In this document: positions 50,374 through 64,000 of the stretch, piece by piece | How positions within the stretch are numbered: the first letter of the stretch is position 1 | Layout of the letters: each line of letters begins with the position of its first letter | Source of the DNA: Eledone cirrhosa | Lineage: Eukaryota | DNA: 64,000 bases | NCBI GenBank assembly: GCA_964016885.1 | Contig: OZ024741.1 | Coordinates: forward strand, 306,094,001 to 306,158,000 | Reading direction: 5' to 3' | Notes under the pieces: model-generated | Told to the model about the DNA's origin: nothing | What the model saw: the letters and a program-made list of their open reading frames with translations, nothing else | Database searches by the model: none | Translations under genes and position numbers: made by a program

Positions 50374-51288
50374 GTCCTGGGTATGACATTAAACTACATC
50401 CAGTGGCAAGGCTCCAGTTCGGGAGTTCAGGAGATGTGGGGAATGTGGAGTTACCCCTTAGTTGTCATGACTCCCAGGTCTGCCCTGGCCCGGGGTGGTA
50501 GTACCTGTTAGGGCTCCATTTATGGGTTAAATAACTACCTTATTCGAGTGGCGCCGGTAAGGTATTGTCAGCCATTGAAAAGAAATATGGAGAGTCGATC
50601 TAACAGCACTAGGGTTAGAGCCCCTAATTACACTGTCAAGGAGCAGCCTGGTCGTTATGACTCTGCTGGCTTAGAGCCACAGAGAGGGCCAGTGGATGAT
50701 GGATCAGCTGTCTCTGAGACAAATATAGAGAATGCAGTTTTGTCCTGCAGAAGAGCCATCAAAATGGGCACTTTGAATGTGAGGACGCTGGAGAAGATAG
50801 AGGAGTTGGGACATCTGTTCGAGGAGAGTGGTATACAGATACTTGCGATCCAAGAACACAGGATTCTACACGATGAGCCCGTGAGGAGTGTAATGATCGG
50901 GAAGAAGAGCCAGCTCATCACTACATCGGCAGTAAAGAACACAACAAATGCTGCAGTAGGAGGAGTGGGTTTTGTGTTCAGTGCAAAAACCAATCTGTTG
51001 GTGAGGGAAATAATGCCTATCTCCCCGCGAGTGTTGAGGGTGACCTTCCATGGAAACCCAAGACTGACAGTCATCTCAGCCTATAGTCCAACCGAGGGGG
51101 ACAGTGATGTGAATGCGGAAGAGTTCCATGAGGAGGTGTGTAGAGCTGTCAACGCCACTCAGGCACACAATATCCTGCTTGTTTTGGGGGACTTCAATGC
51201 ACATCCGAGTAAGGAGGGCAGTGAAGATCCTTGCTGGTACTTCCATAACAACACCAACCGAAATGGAAGACTACTGAGAGACACCCTG
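50374..51288 (+). mobile_element. RTE-like LINE 5' part (5' UTR + AP endonuclease)
   Basis: GTLNVRTL, LAIQEHR, GGVGF, SAYSPT, LGDFNA, NRNG. Confidence 0.85.
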
Positions 51289-54217
51289 ATAACAACAATA
51301 GCAACACACACAACTATGACGATAGATATAATGACAACCCCTTAGAGAAACTATTTTTCAACCCAGCTGACAAAACATATAAGATGGGTAATATCTATCC
51401 TACGAGGTTACTCTTTAATAAAAGATTTTGCATACCACAACAAATAGATGACGAGACAGAGGCACAGTTCACCATAGCTAGAAATAAGATTAGACAAATA
51501 GTAGACAGGTATACTAAGAGACAGAGCAGACCAGAGGCCCAACAACTTGGGAGGAAACCTGTAGAAGGCTTGGTTAGCCTCAAGCAGCGCACAAGGGATG
51601 GTGAGGTAGTGTGTCTACCCACAGATAAGTCTGGTAGGATGTCAATAGATAGCATGCCGAACTACATCGAGGCTATGCAACCCCACATCACCAGCACGAG
51701 CGAAGTTGCACAACAAACACACGATGGGATAGAAAAAATCCTCAACGCTCACATGATGATGTGGACTGACATCCTAAAGCCAAGCAGACGCACTGCCAAC
51801 AACTTCCAGGCGTCTAACAATGGCATACCGCCCTTGTATGGGCTCCGCAAAGACCACAAGACAGTCGACGACCCGACAACAGGACCACCAACAAGACCCG
51901 TATGCGGAGCTAATATAGCTAGCAACTACAGGATCTCCTACTTCCTCTCAATGGTTATACGCCCCATAATCAAGATGTCCCCAGATGTATGTGACAGTAC
52001 AGAGGACCTACCCAGCAGAATCAGTGAGTGCAACAAAAACAGGAGCCTATCCAACTGCATAATAGGCAGCATGTATGTGGTGTCACTGTACCCATCCATT
52101 AACATTGATTTTGCTGTGAAAAGATGTGTGGAGATGATCATTGAGAGTGAGGTGGAGTTCTGCGACGTCGACACAGACGAACTGGGCCTCCTACTTAGAC
52201 TTACCTACGACACTGACTACCTAGACAGCCATGACCTTAGATGTTTCTGCCCTAGTAGACCTATAAGAGGTAGACCCCCCACCATAACCTCAATGGCAAA
52301 AAAGACTCCCATGGGAAGGTGGATTGGGTGGACCAAAGCTATACGGGCCCCTCAAAACAATGATCAGGTAAGAAAAATGGTCGCACATGCAATAGGGGCT
52401 AGTATCAAAACTACCCTAAAGGGCCACATATTTAAGTTCAATGAGAAAATCTACACCCAAAATGAGGGAGCAGCCATCGGCGTCAGCATAGCTGGTGATG
52501 TTGCCAACCTTTTCATGGTATGGTGGGAAAGGAGACTTAAAGATCTCCTTAATGAAAGCTCCATAGACCTCATCATGTACTCTCGTTATGTATACGATAT
52601 CAATATAGTTATAAGAACACCCCCACTAGAGAGCACTAACAAGTTTGATTTAGAACGTAGCACGATGGAAAGCATCCAGCAGATAGCTAATTCCATACAC
52701 CAGAGTATAACTGTAACTATAGACTTCCCTTCCAAATACCCTAACAATAGACTACCTGTATTAGACACAGAACTCTGGATTAACACTATAGACGAGAGAG
52801 CCCAAATTCTCCACTCACACTATGCTAAACCCATGGCCTCCAAATACCTGATACTCAAAAACTCAGCAATGTCCAGTAGTGCTAAGTTTAATATTCTGAT
52901 CGCAGATTTGGTACGAGTGATGAAGAATGTGTCCCGCATGTGCGACCCAACAGAAATGGAAAGACACATCCAACACTTCATCAACCACACGCAGTTCTCT
53001 GGCTACAACCAAAGAGACAGAGTCAGAGTATACGAAGGAGCCATGGAAAAGTATAAGACCCTCATAGAACTGGACATGAAAGGAATTTGCCCATTATACA
53101 GGAGCAAATCATGGAATAGCTTAGATAGGGCTAGACATAAGATAGGGAAAGCCACCTCATGGTACGACAACCAGAGATACCAGAGTGTAATGTTTGTGGA
53201 CGCTACCCCTGGAGGGAAATTAGCTAACCAGTGTAGAAAGACCCTGAGAAAGACCCACTTAAAGGTGGTAGAAAAGCCAGGAACCACCATAAAATCCCTG
53301 ATCAGCAAAACCTACCCTTTTAAGAAAACCCACTGTACCAATAGGAAATGTATCATATGTAAGGTGAACCCCCGGATAAACTGTAAAACTAGAAACGTAG
53401 TCTATAGCATAAGATGTACAGAGGGTACTTGCAGAAACATGATACATAGGTGAGACAGCTCGTAGCATAGGTGAAAGGATAGACCAACACTGGGGGGACT
53501 AAAAGGACGAAAAAACGGGTCAGTACTATACGAAAATGCTAGACAACAACATGACGGTAACATAGACAACATAGAAATTAGAATAATACCTAAACATAGA
53601 AATGACCCAGCAGATAGGCAAATCAGAGAGGCCAGTGAAATAGAAATTAGAAGACCAAGGCTAAACAGAAAAAATGAATGGAATAACAACAACACCCAAA
53701 CAAACAACACTGACCTAAGAGAAATATAAATAAGTAAATAAAATAAAATAAAATAAATAAATAAATAAATACATACACAAGCACAATAACAAGCACATAA
53801 ACACACACTAGTCACCCATCACACAGCAAACAAAACACTATACACACACGCAAACGCATGCGCAAAGAAGACAAAATAAAATAAACAAACAAGCAAATAA
53901 ATAAATAAATATATAGACAGACTGAATAAAAAATGGCGTAGACATACAACACAATAGGAGGAAAATATAACACCACTGACGATGTTGGAGATGTGCAACG
54001 AAAGATTTATGATAAACTATATACACGTGTTTGTGTCTATATTGTATCTGTATTAATTTTGACCGTCGGTCAGTCAATGGCAACATTCAGGACCGAGTAA
54101 GTTAGATTACCGATATAAAAGACACAGAAGCGAGAAGCGAAAACTAACCAAACAGTGAGTGTGTTCTGTTATTAATTCTGGCAATACTACACAAATATGA
54201 CCCTCCCCAAGTATAAC
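51289..54217 (+). pseudogene. Diverged, inactivated Penelope-like family A relative
   Basis: ORF 51384-53453 is homologous to 27672-30381; catalytic Asp changes (SMYV, YVYD); frameshift before YIGET; 3' end atgaccctccccaagtataac. Confidence 0.88.
53972..54013 (+). ncRNA. Diverged hammerhead motif
   Basis: acca CUGACGA t gttg..caac GAAA gatt UA tgat, at the position homologous to 32477. Confidence 0.6.
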
Positions 54218-54571
54218 TATATATTTATTCATATATATATGTTTATTTATATATATATATGTTTATTTATATATATATATGTTTATTTATATATATATAT
54301 GTTTATTTATATATATATATATGTTTATTTATATTTATATATATGTTTATTTATATTTATATATATGTTTATTTATATATATATTTATTTATATATATAT
54401 ATGTTTATTTATATATATATATATGTGTATATATATATATATATGTTTATTTATATATATATATATGTCTATATATATATATATATATATGTTTATTGAT
54501 ATATATATGTGTATATATATATATATGTTTATTTATATATATATATATATGTTTATTTATATATATATATA

Positions 54572-54604
<33 letters not shown>

Positions 54605-55197
54605 GTTTATTTATATATATATATATTTATTTATATATATATATATATGTTTATTTATATATATATATATTTATTTATATATATATATATTTATATGTTT
54701 ATTTATATATATATATGTTTATTTATATATATATATATTTATTTATATATATATATATTTATTTATATATATATATATTTATATATATTTATTTATATAT
54801 ATATATATTTATTTATATATATATATATTTATTTATATATATATATATTTATTTATATATATATATATTTATATATATTTATTTATATATATATTTATTT
54901 ATATATATATATTTATTTATATATATATATATGTTTATTTATATATATATATATATGTTTATTTATATATATATATATGTGTATATATATATATATATAT
55001 ATGTTTATATATATATATATATTTATTTATATATATATATATATTTATTTATATATATATGTTTATTTATATATATATATATTTATTTATATATATATAT
55101 ATTTATTTATATATATATATATTTATATATATATATATTTATTTATATATATATATATTTATATATATATATATATATATTTATTTATATATATATA

Positions 55198-55245
<48 letters not shown>

Positions 55246-55251
55246 TATATA

Positions 55252-55301
<50 letters not shown>

Positions 55302-55304
55302 AAG

Positions 55305-55337
<33 letters not shown>

Positions 55338-55488
55338 TTATTTATATATATATCTATTTATTTATATATATATATCTATTTATTTATATATATATATATA
55401 TCTATTTATATATATATATATCTATTTATATATATATATCTATTTATATATATATATCTATTTATATATATATATATCTATTTATATA

Positions 55489-55557
<69 letters not shown>

Positions 55558-55703
55558 TATATATTTATATATATATATTTATACATATATATATTTATAA
55601 ATATATAAATACATAAATATATATATATATATAAATAAATATATATAAATAAATAAATAAATATATATATAAATAAATAAATAAATATATATATATTTAT
55701 TTA

Positions 55704-55746
<43 letters not shown>

Positions 55747-55751
55747 GTATT

Positions 55752-55789
<38 letters not shown>

Positions 55790-55860
55790 TATAAATATAT
55801 ATATATAAATACATAAATATATATATATATAAATAAATATATATATATATAAATAAATAT

Positions 55861-56816
55861 TTCGTTTCTGAATTTGTTTAGCAAGATTCTTTATCTGAAA
55901 TCGTGTGTTGAAACCGATATTGTTATACTTTGGGAGGGTCATGTTGCCAATAAGAAACACACGCACCAGTTGCTTTCACTTCAATTTATTATATATTTAT
56001 AAATTTACAAATCTACAAACTTATAAATTTCTGGTTGGTTGGTTGGTTCCACAACCAGATAGTTGTTTATATATAGTCATAATCCTTTCGTCACACACTC
56101 TGTGACCTCTTCAGTGACAGGGGATTCCTTTCTTTGTTTCTGTGCCTTTCCTTTCTTCTATCCTACGCCATTTTGTTTCTGTGTGTGTGTTGTGTGCTCA
56201 GTTTGCGCATGCGCCACATCCGGGTGTCTGTGTGTGTTTGTGTTCATTTATCTATTTGTTTATTTGTTTGTTTGTTTGTTTGTTTATTTATTTATTTATT
56301 GTTGGTTGGTTGTTTGTTCTATGTGTGTGTGTGTTTTCATTTTGTCCTGTGTGTGTTTTCATTTTGTCCTTAATTGTAAGTTGTTTGTTCTATGTGTGTG
56401 TGTGTTTTCATTTTGTCCTGTGTGTGTTTTCATTTTGTCCTTAGTTGTAAGTTGTGATGTTGCTGTTCCACTCATATTTTCTATTTAATTTAATTTAATT
56501 TAATTTTGGTTTTAATTATTTTATGCTTACTGCCTCTGTAATTTGCCTAAACATTGCGTCTTTTCTGGCGTAGGATAGAAGAAAGGAAAGGCACAGAAAA
56601 AAGAAAAGAATCCCCAGTCACTGAAGAGGTCACAGAGTGTGTGACGAAAGGAGTATGACTATATATAAACAACTATCTGGTTGTGGAACCAACCAACCAA
56701 CCAGAAATGTATAAGTTTGTAGATTTGTAAATTTATAAATATATAATAAATTGAAGTGAAAGCAACTGGTGGGTGTGTTTTTTATTGGCAACATGACCCT
56801 CCCAAAGTATAACAAT
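55861..56816. mobile_element. Short inverted pair of PLE-A termini, two hammerheads (56076-56118 -, 56616-56660 +)
   Basis: Minus arm 55861-56565, plus arm 56566-56816; both tails face TA. Confidence 0.85.
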
Positions 56817-56827
56817 ATAAATAAATA

Positions 56828-56865
<38 letters not shown>

Positions 56866-56984
56866 TATATATATATATATTTATTTATATATATATATAT
56901 TTATGTATTTATATATATATATATTTATAAACATATATATATATAAATATACATATATATATATATAAATATATATATATAAAT

Positions 56985-57015
<31 letters not shown>

Positions 57016-57038
57016 AATAAATATATATATATAAATAA

Positions 57039-57091
<53 letters not shown>

Positions 57092-57796
57092 AATATATAT
57101 ATAAATAGATATATATATATAAATAGATATATATATATATAAATAGATATATATATATAAATAGATATATATATATAAATATATATATAAATAGATATAT
57201 ATATATAAATAGATATATATATATAAATAGATATATATATAAATAGATATATATATAAATAAATATATATATATATAAATAAATATATATATATTTCAAT
57301 AAAAATATAAATAAATATATATATATATATATATATAAATAATTATATATATATATATTTAAATAAATATATATATAAATAACTATATATATATAAATAA
57401 ATATATATATATGTAAATATAAATATATATATATATATGTAAATATATATAAATATATATATATAAATATAAATATATATATGAATAAATATATATATAT
57501 AAATATATATAAATAAAAATATATATATAAATAAATATATATATATATAAAAAAATATATATATATATAAATATATATATATATAAATAAATAAATATAT
57601 ATAAATAAATAAATATATATAAATAAATATATATATAAATAAATATATATATATAAATAAATAAATATATATATATAAATAAATAAATATATATATATAA
57701 ATAAATAAATATATATATATAAATAAATATATATATATATAAATAAATATATATATATATAAATAAATATATATATAAAGATAAATAAATATATAT

Positions 57797-57865
57797 ACTC
57801 TTTTACCTTTTACCTTTTTACTGTTTCAGCCATCCGGCTGAGGCCATGCTGGGGCACCGTCCTTA
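57797..57865 (-). mobile_element. ~68-bp LINE 3' tip (stem-loop + tail)
   Basis: Reverse complement of 25984-26052; second copy at 60477-60545. Confidence 0.85.
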
Positions 57866-58171
57866 TATATATAAATAAATATAGATATATATAAATAAAT
57901 ATATATATATATAAAAAAAAATATATAAATATATATATATATAAATAAATATATATATATAAATAAATATATATATATAAATAAATATAATATATAAATA
58001 AATATATATATATAAATAAATATATATATATAAATAAATATATATATATAAATAAATATATCTATATATATATATATAATTAAATATATACATATAAATA
58101 AATATATACATATATATAAATAAATATATATATATATATATAAATAAATATATATATATATATAAATAAGT

Positions 58172-58208
<37 letters not shown>

Positions 58209-58431
58209 AATATATATATATATAAATAAATATATATATATATAAATAAATATATATATATAAATAAATATATATATATAAATAAATATATATATATAAA
58301 TAAATATATATATATAAATAAATATATATATATATATAAATAAATATATATATATAAATAAATATATATATATATATAAATAATCATATATATATACATA
58401 AATAATCATATATATATAAATAAATATATAT

Positions 58432-58464
<33 letters not shown>

Positions 58465-58650
58465 AATATATATATATAAATAAATATATATATATATAAA
58501 TAAATATATATATATAAATAAATATATATATATATATATATAAATAAATATATATATATATATAGATAAATATATATATATTCATAAATATATATATATA
58601 AATAAATATATATATACATAAATATATATATAAATAAATATATATATATA

Positions 58651-58850
58651 GTTATGTAATAAACCACATAAGGTAATTATTCCATTTACCAGTGGTTTCT
58701 TAAAAGCAAAAAATTTTTTCATCAGAATGAAAAAATCCTGGTCTATTTATTGAATTGGATTCTTAAAAAACGAAAATGCAGTCTATATGAAAGTGAGGCT
58801 GGAGAAGGAAGAAGGAAAGAAAAAATAAAATAAAAACACACACATACACG
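58651..58850 (-). mobile_element. Hammerhead-bearing short element family D, stem II partly deleted
   Basis: Homologous to 62642-62855. Confidence 0.7.
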
Positions 58851-59030
58851 ATAAATAAATATATATAAATATATATATATAAATAAATATATATATATAA
58901 ATAAATATATATATATATATATAAATAAATATATATATATATATTTATTTATATATATAATTATATATATATATATATTTATTTATATATATATATGTTT
59001 ATTTATATATATATATATAAATAAATATAT

Positions 59031-60120
59031 GGAAAGTTATATTTAAATTGTTGGGTTACAACTAGTAAATATTAATAACTGATATAAAAGCACTCGACAA
59101 GTATTTGGAGTATATTTACGATATTAAATAAATGGAAACTATATTTATAAAACCATATTTATTTCATTATATATATTTCAGGGATATCATATTAACAATA
59201 TGCTATGCCTTCCTCAGACAAAATACAATATAAACAGTTTTATAGATAAATAGATTTGACATACCGTACAACATCGACTTGTATTTGAAAAGTTGAATTG
59301 GCAGTGAAAAAATTGTAAACAGAAAGAAAGAAAGAGAGAAAAAAAAGGAAAGAAAGACAGAAAACGAAGAAAAAGAAGAAAAAGAAGAAATGCATGGAAC
59401 AAAATAGAGAGATGGAAAGATAGATAAAGAGAAGAACTTCATGTAAAGAAACAGAGAGAGATATATATAGAGAGAGGAAATAGATAGAGATAGAAATATA
59501 TATAGAAAAATATGTAGTTGGACATCCGTTGAGTAAACGTATCAATGATACATTTATTTATTTATTTATTTATTTAGCTCTAGTATTAATGTAAGGGAGA
59601 TATATGTGGTTAGGAGAGAAACCAGCTGTTATATAGAGAGAAAAATGAAAAGTAACCAGACATAGGCGAGGCATAAAAACCCTATGTTTTAATGTAGAAG
59701 TATTAATATGTATAAAAACCAGGCACTATATTGAAAATATCAGTATTCCTGAATGAGACACATATCCATAATGTGTGAAAAGTAATGATCTTATGTTTAG
59801 TTTTAAAAAATTCATATGTTTATATGATAACTACAAACATCGATGTGAATTTACATGATCAACTCTGCAAACCCTAAGTTCACACAGAAAACATTCTCAT
59901 TGTGCTATAAAAATTTAAGTATACACATATGTGTATATATATACACATATATATATAGAATCTATATTACTACTATTCTTGTCTTTACTCTACAAGATTA
60001 TCTATCAAGCAGAAATAGAGTGCAGATTTCAATATATTAATAAAAAATATATCAGAAACAAAAACCAAAAAACAACAATAATAATAATAATATTAATAAA
60101 TAAATAATAATAAAATAGAA
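59031..60120 (-). mobile_element. PLE-B 3' non-coding region with hammerhead (59160-59225) and extended tail
   Basis: Reverse complement of ~39000-39981 plus ~90 extra nt. Confidence 0.85.
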
Positions 60121-60301
60121 ATATAAATAAATATATATATATATAAATAAATATATATATACATAAAATATAAATATAAATAAATATATATATATATAAA
60201 TAAATATATATATACATATAAATAAATATATATATATATATATAAATATATATAAATAAAAATATATATATAAATAAATATATATATATATATATAAAAA
60301 A

Positions 60302-60335
<34 letters not shown>

Positions 60336-60368
60336 AATAAATAAATAAATATATATATATAAATAATT

Positions 60369-60399
<31 letters not shown>

Positions 60400-60977
60400 A
60401 ATAAATATATATATATATATAAATAAATATATATATATATAAATAAATATATATATAAAGATAAATAAATGTATATACTCTTTTACTTTTTACTCTTTTA
60501 CCTGTTTCAGCCATCCGGCTGAGGCCATGCTGGGGTACCGCCCTTATATATATAAATAAATATAGATATATATATAAATAAATACATATATATATAAAAA
60601 TATATAAAATATATATATATATATAAATATATATATATAAATAAATATATATATATAAATAAATATATATATATATAAATAAATATAAAAACAAATAACG
60701 AAACGAAATTAAATTTCGTTTCGCTTCTAACTCACTTTTGTATGACTGACGCTTAAACAATTAAGTTAAAGTGTATATCTACATATGTATACGGAAGTAC
60801 TAGTATGCATATAAATACACACATGTATACATATGTACATGTACTGAGTTTTTCACTAGACACTTTACAGTGAGTGTCCAGCTAGTCTGTATGTAACCAA
60901 ACAGACGAACCGGGTTTTAAAGTCATACGAGTTTTCAAGGAAACACACTTCCTCTATTCTCCAGAGAGCCAGACAGG

Positions 60978-61022
60978 AATATTGGACTAGTTTCGATGTT
61001 ATTACATCTCATCAGCAATATT
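60978..61022 (-). ncRNA. Minimal type I hammerhead ribozyme
   Basis: aatattg CUGAUGA gatgt-aata-acatc GAAA ctag UC caatatt. Confidence 0.92.
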
Positions 61023-61585
61023 TACCTATCTTCCGGCTTCTCTAGAGAATTGTAAAAGCACATATCGTTATATGCTTTTTCTATGAAAATTAGTAGTGGG
61101 CAGACTAATTTGCATAGAACGTGAGTCATTGTACGCACCGGTTCAACGGAAACGATATTCCTGTCTGGCTCTCTGGAGAATAGAGGAAGTGTGTTTCCTT
61201 GAAAACTCGTATGACTTTAAAACCCGGTTCGTCTGTTTGGTTACATACAGACTAGCTGGACACTCACTGTAAAGTGTCTAGTGAAAAACTCAGTACATGT
61301 ACATATGTATACATGTGTGTATTTATATGCATACTAGTACTTCCGTATACATATGTAGATGTACACTTTAACTTAATTGTTTAAGCGTCAGTCATACAAA
61401 AGTGAGTTAGAAGCGAAACGAAATTTAATTTCGTTTCGTTATTTGTTTTTATCGTTTCCGCTGAATCGGCGCGTACAATGACTCACGTTCTATGCAAATT
61501 AGTCTGCCCACTACTAATTTTCATAGAAAAAGCATATAACGATATGTGCTTTTACAATTCTCTAGAGAAGCCGGAAGATAGGTAT

Positions 61586-61628
61586 ATATTGCTGATGAGA
61601 TGTAATAACATCGAAACTAGTCCAATAT
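61586..61628 (+). ncRNA. Minimal type I hammerhead ribozyme
   Basis: atattg CUGAUGA gatgt-aata-acatc GAAA ctag UC caatat; predicted cleavage after 61622. Confidence 0.92.
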
Positions 61629-62490
61629 TCCTGTCTGGCTCTCTGAAGAATAGAGGAAGTGTGTTTCCTTGAAAACTCGTATGACTTTAAAACCCGGTTC
61701 GTCTGTTTGGTTACATACAGACTAGCTGGACACTCACTGTAAAGTGTCTAGTGAAAAACTCAGTACATGTACATATGTATACATGTGTGTATTTATATGC
61801 ATACTAGTACTTCCGTATACATATGTAGATGTACACTTTAACTTAATTGTTTAAATAAATATATATATATATATATAAATAAATATATATATATAAATAA
61901 ATATATATATATAAATAAATATATATATATAAATAAATATATATATATAAATAAATATATATATATAAATAAATATATACATATAAATAAATATATACAT
62001 ATGAATAAATATATACATATAAATAATATACATATATATAAATAAATATATATATAAATATATACATATATAAATAAATATATATATATATAAATATATA
62101 CATATATAAATAAATATATATATATAAATATATACATATATAAATATATACATATATAAATAAATATATATATATAAATATATACATATATAAATAAATA
62201 TATATATATATAAATAAATATATATATATAAATAAATATATATATATAAATAAATATATATATATAAATAAATATATATATATATATAAATAAATAATCA
62301 TATATATATATATAAATAATCATATATAAATAAATATATATATATATAAATATATATATATATAAAAAATATATATATATATAAATAAATATATATATAT
62401 ATATAAATAAATATATATATAAATAAATATATATATAAATAAATATATATATATAAATGAATATATATATAAATGTATATATATATATAA

Positions 62491-62529
<39 letters not shown>

Positions 62530-62570
62530 TATATATATATATAAATAAATATATATATATATATAAATAA

Positions 62571-62603
<33 letters not shown>

Positions 62604-62667
62604 TATATATATATATATAAATAAATATATATATATATATAGTCATGTAATAAACCACATAAGGTAA

Positions 62668-62733
62668 TTTTTCCATTTACCAGTGGTTTCTTAAAAGCAA
62701 AAAATGTTGCTTTCAATCATCAGAATGAAAAAA
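62668..62733 (-). ncRNA. Type I hammerhead ribozyme (family D, element 62642-62855)
   Basis: ttttttcatt CUGAUGA ttgaaagcaa-catttt-ttgcttttaa GAAA ccactgg UA aatggaaaaa. Confidence 0.85.
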
Positions 62734-63165
62734 TCCTGGTCGATTTATTGAATTGGATTTTAAAAAAACGAAAATGCAGTCTATATGAAAGTGAGGCTGG
62801 AGAAGGAAGAAGGAAAGGAAAAATGAAATAAACACACACACACACACACACACGATAAATATATATATATATATATAGATATATATATATAAATAAATAT
62901 ATATATATAAATATATATATATATAAATATATATATATTTATTTATATATATAATTATATATATATATATTTATTTATATATATATATGTTTATTTATAT
63001 ATATATATATATAAATAAATATATATATATATATTTATTTATATATATAATAATATATATATATATAAATAAATATATATATATATATTTATTTATATAT
63101 ATAATAATATATATATATATATTTATTTATATATATATATGTTTATATATATATATATATACATA

Positions 63166-63986
63166 TATAAGTATGTACACGTACATACATATATATATAT
63201 ACAGACGTACAGTAGTATTTATATATATATACATACATGCACACATATAGATATGTACGTATGGATTCACCAAACATTTATTATAATGCTCGCTGTGTTT
63301 GTAAACAAACATTCCATATTAAGCCGTAGTGTCCAGCAACCATCGTTGCTCGTTTGTTCAACACTGACAAAGGAACGCTGTACTAGTTTCAAGCTTATTA
63401 GCTATCGTCAGCAACGTATACCTTCCTGCCAGATTGTTGAACGTATATACTTACCTTATGCATATTAACGGCGTAGTAGCCCAATTTGCATATCGAGTGG
63501 GTTAATCGGCCGGGTGCACCGAAAACGATAAACGGAAAAAATGAAACAAAATTTCATTTCCCACTCTTTGTACGGCTGTTACTTAAATATAAGTATGTAC
63601 ACGTACATACATATATATATACAGACGTACAGTAGTATGTATATATATATAGATACATGCGCACATATAGATATGTACATACAGATATATGAAGATAGCT
63701 AATAAGCTTGAAACTAGTACAGCGTTCCAGTGTTGAACAAACGAGCAACGACGGTTGCTGTACACTACGGCTTAGTACGGGATGTTTGTTTACAAACACA
63801 CCGAACATTATAATAAATGTTCGGTGAATCCATACGTACATATCTATATGTGTGCATGTATGTATATATATATACATACTACTGTACGTCTGTATACATA
63901 TATGTATGTACGTGTACATACTTATATTTAAGAAACAGCCGTACTAAGAGTGGGAAATGAAATTTTGTTTCATTTTTTCCGTTTAT
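63166..63986. mobile_element. Retrozyme-like non-coding element, 422-nt monomer
   Basis: Minus tandem array 63166-~63680 (period 422) plus inverted arm 63690-63986. Confidence 0.82.
63375..63417 (-). ncRNA. Minimal type I hammerhead ribozyme
   Basis: acgttg CUGACGA t agct-aata-agct t GAAA ctag UA cagcgt. Confidence 0.88.
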
Positions 63987-64000
63987 ATATATATAATTAT

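Larger units (their letters stand above)
60685..61854. mobile_element. Retrozyme-like non-coding element, 470-nt monomer
   Basis: One inverted monomer (60685-61154) plus ~1.5 tandem monomers (61155-61854); two hammerheads. Confidence 0.85.

Overview
This is AT-rich animal genomic DNA. The SINE/LINE families look cephalopod (Octopus-like), which is an inference. Bases 1-16.6 kb are intronic sequence of a minus-strand host gene: three phase-compatible exons of a Cys-rich, VWC-like protein, plus SINEs, MITEs, a Helitron and a decayed RTE LINE. From about 16.7 kb to the end the window is an expanded (TA)n microsatellite filled with retroelements. These include a near full-length APE-type LINE with a CCCH-finger ORF1 and four 5'-truncated copies of it, RTE fragments, and two distinct Penelope-like (RT + GIY-YIG) families. 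About 15 near-complete type I hammerhead ribozyme motifs from about 6 families can be read directly. The most notable features are two related non-coding, retrozyme-like elements with tandem monomers of 470 nt (60685-61854) and 422 nt (63166-63986). Each has a well-formed minimal hammerhead and a conserved upstream ATGCAAAT octamer, and each is inserted as a head-to-head inverted pair with both 3' ends joined to TA repeats, the same architecture as the local Penelope insertions. The many Ile/Tyr ORFs in the track are microsatellite artefacts. All structures were derived by eye; no alignment, folding or database search was run.
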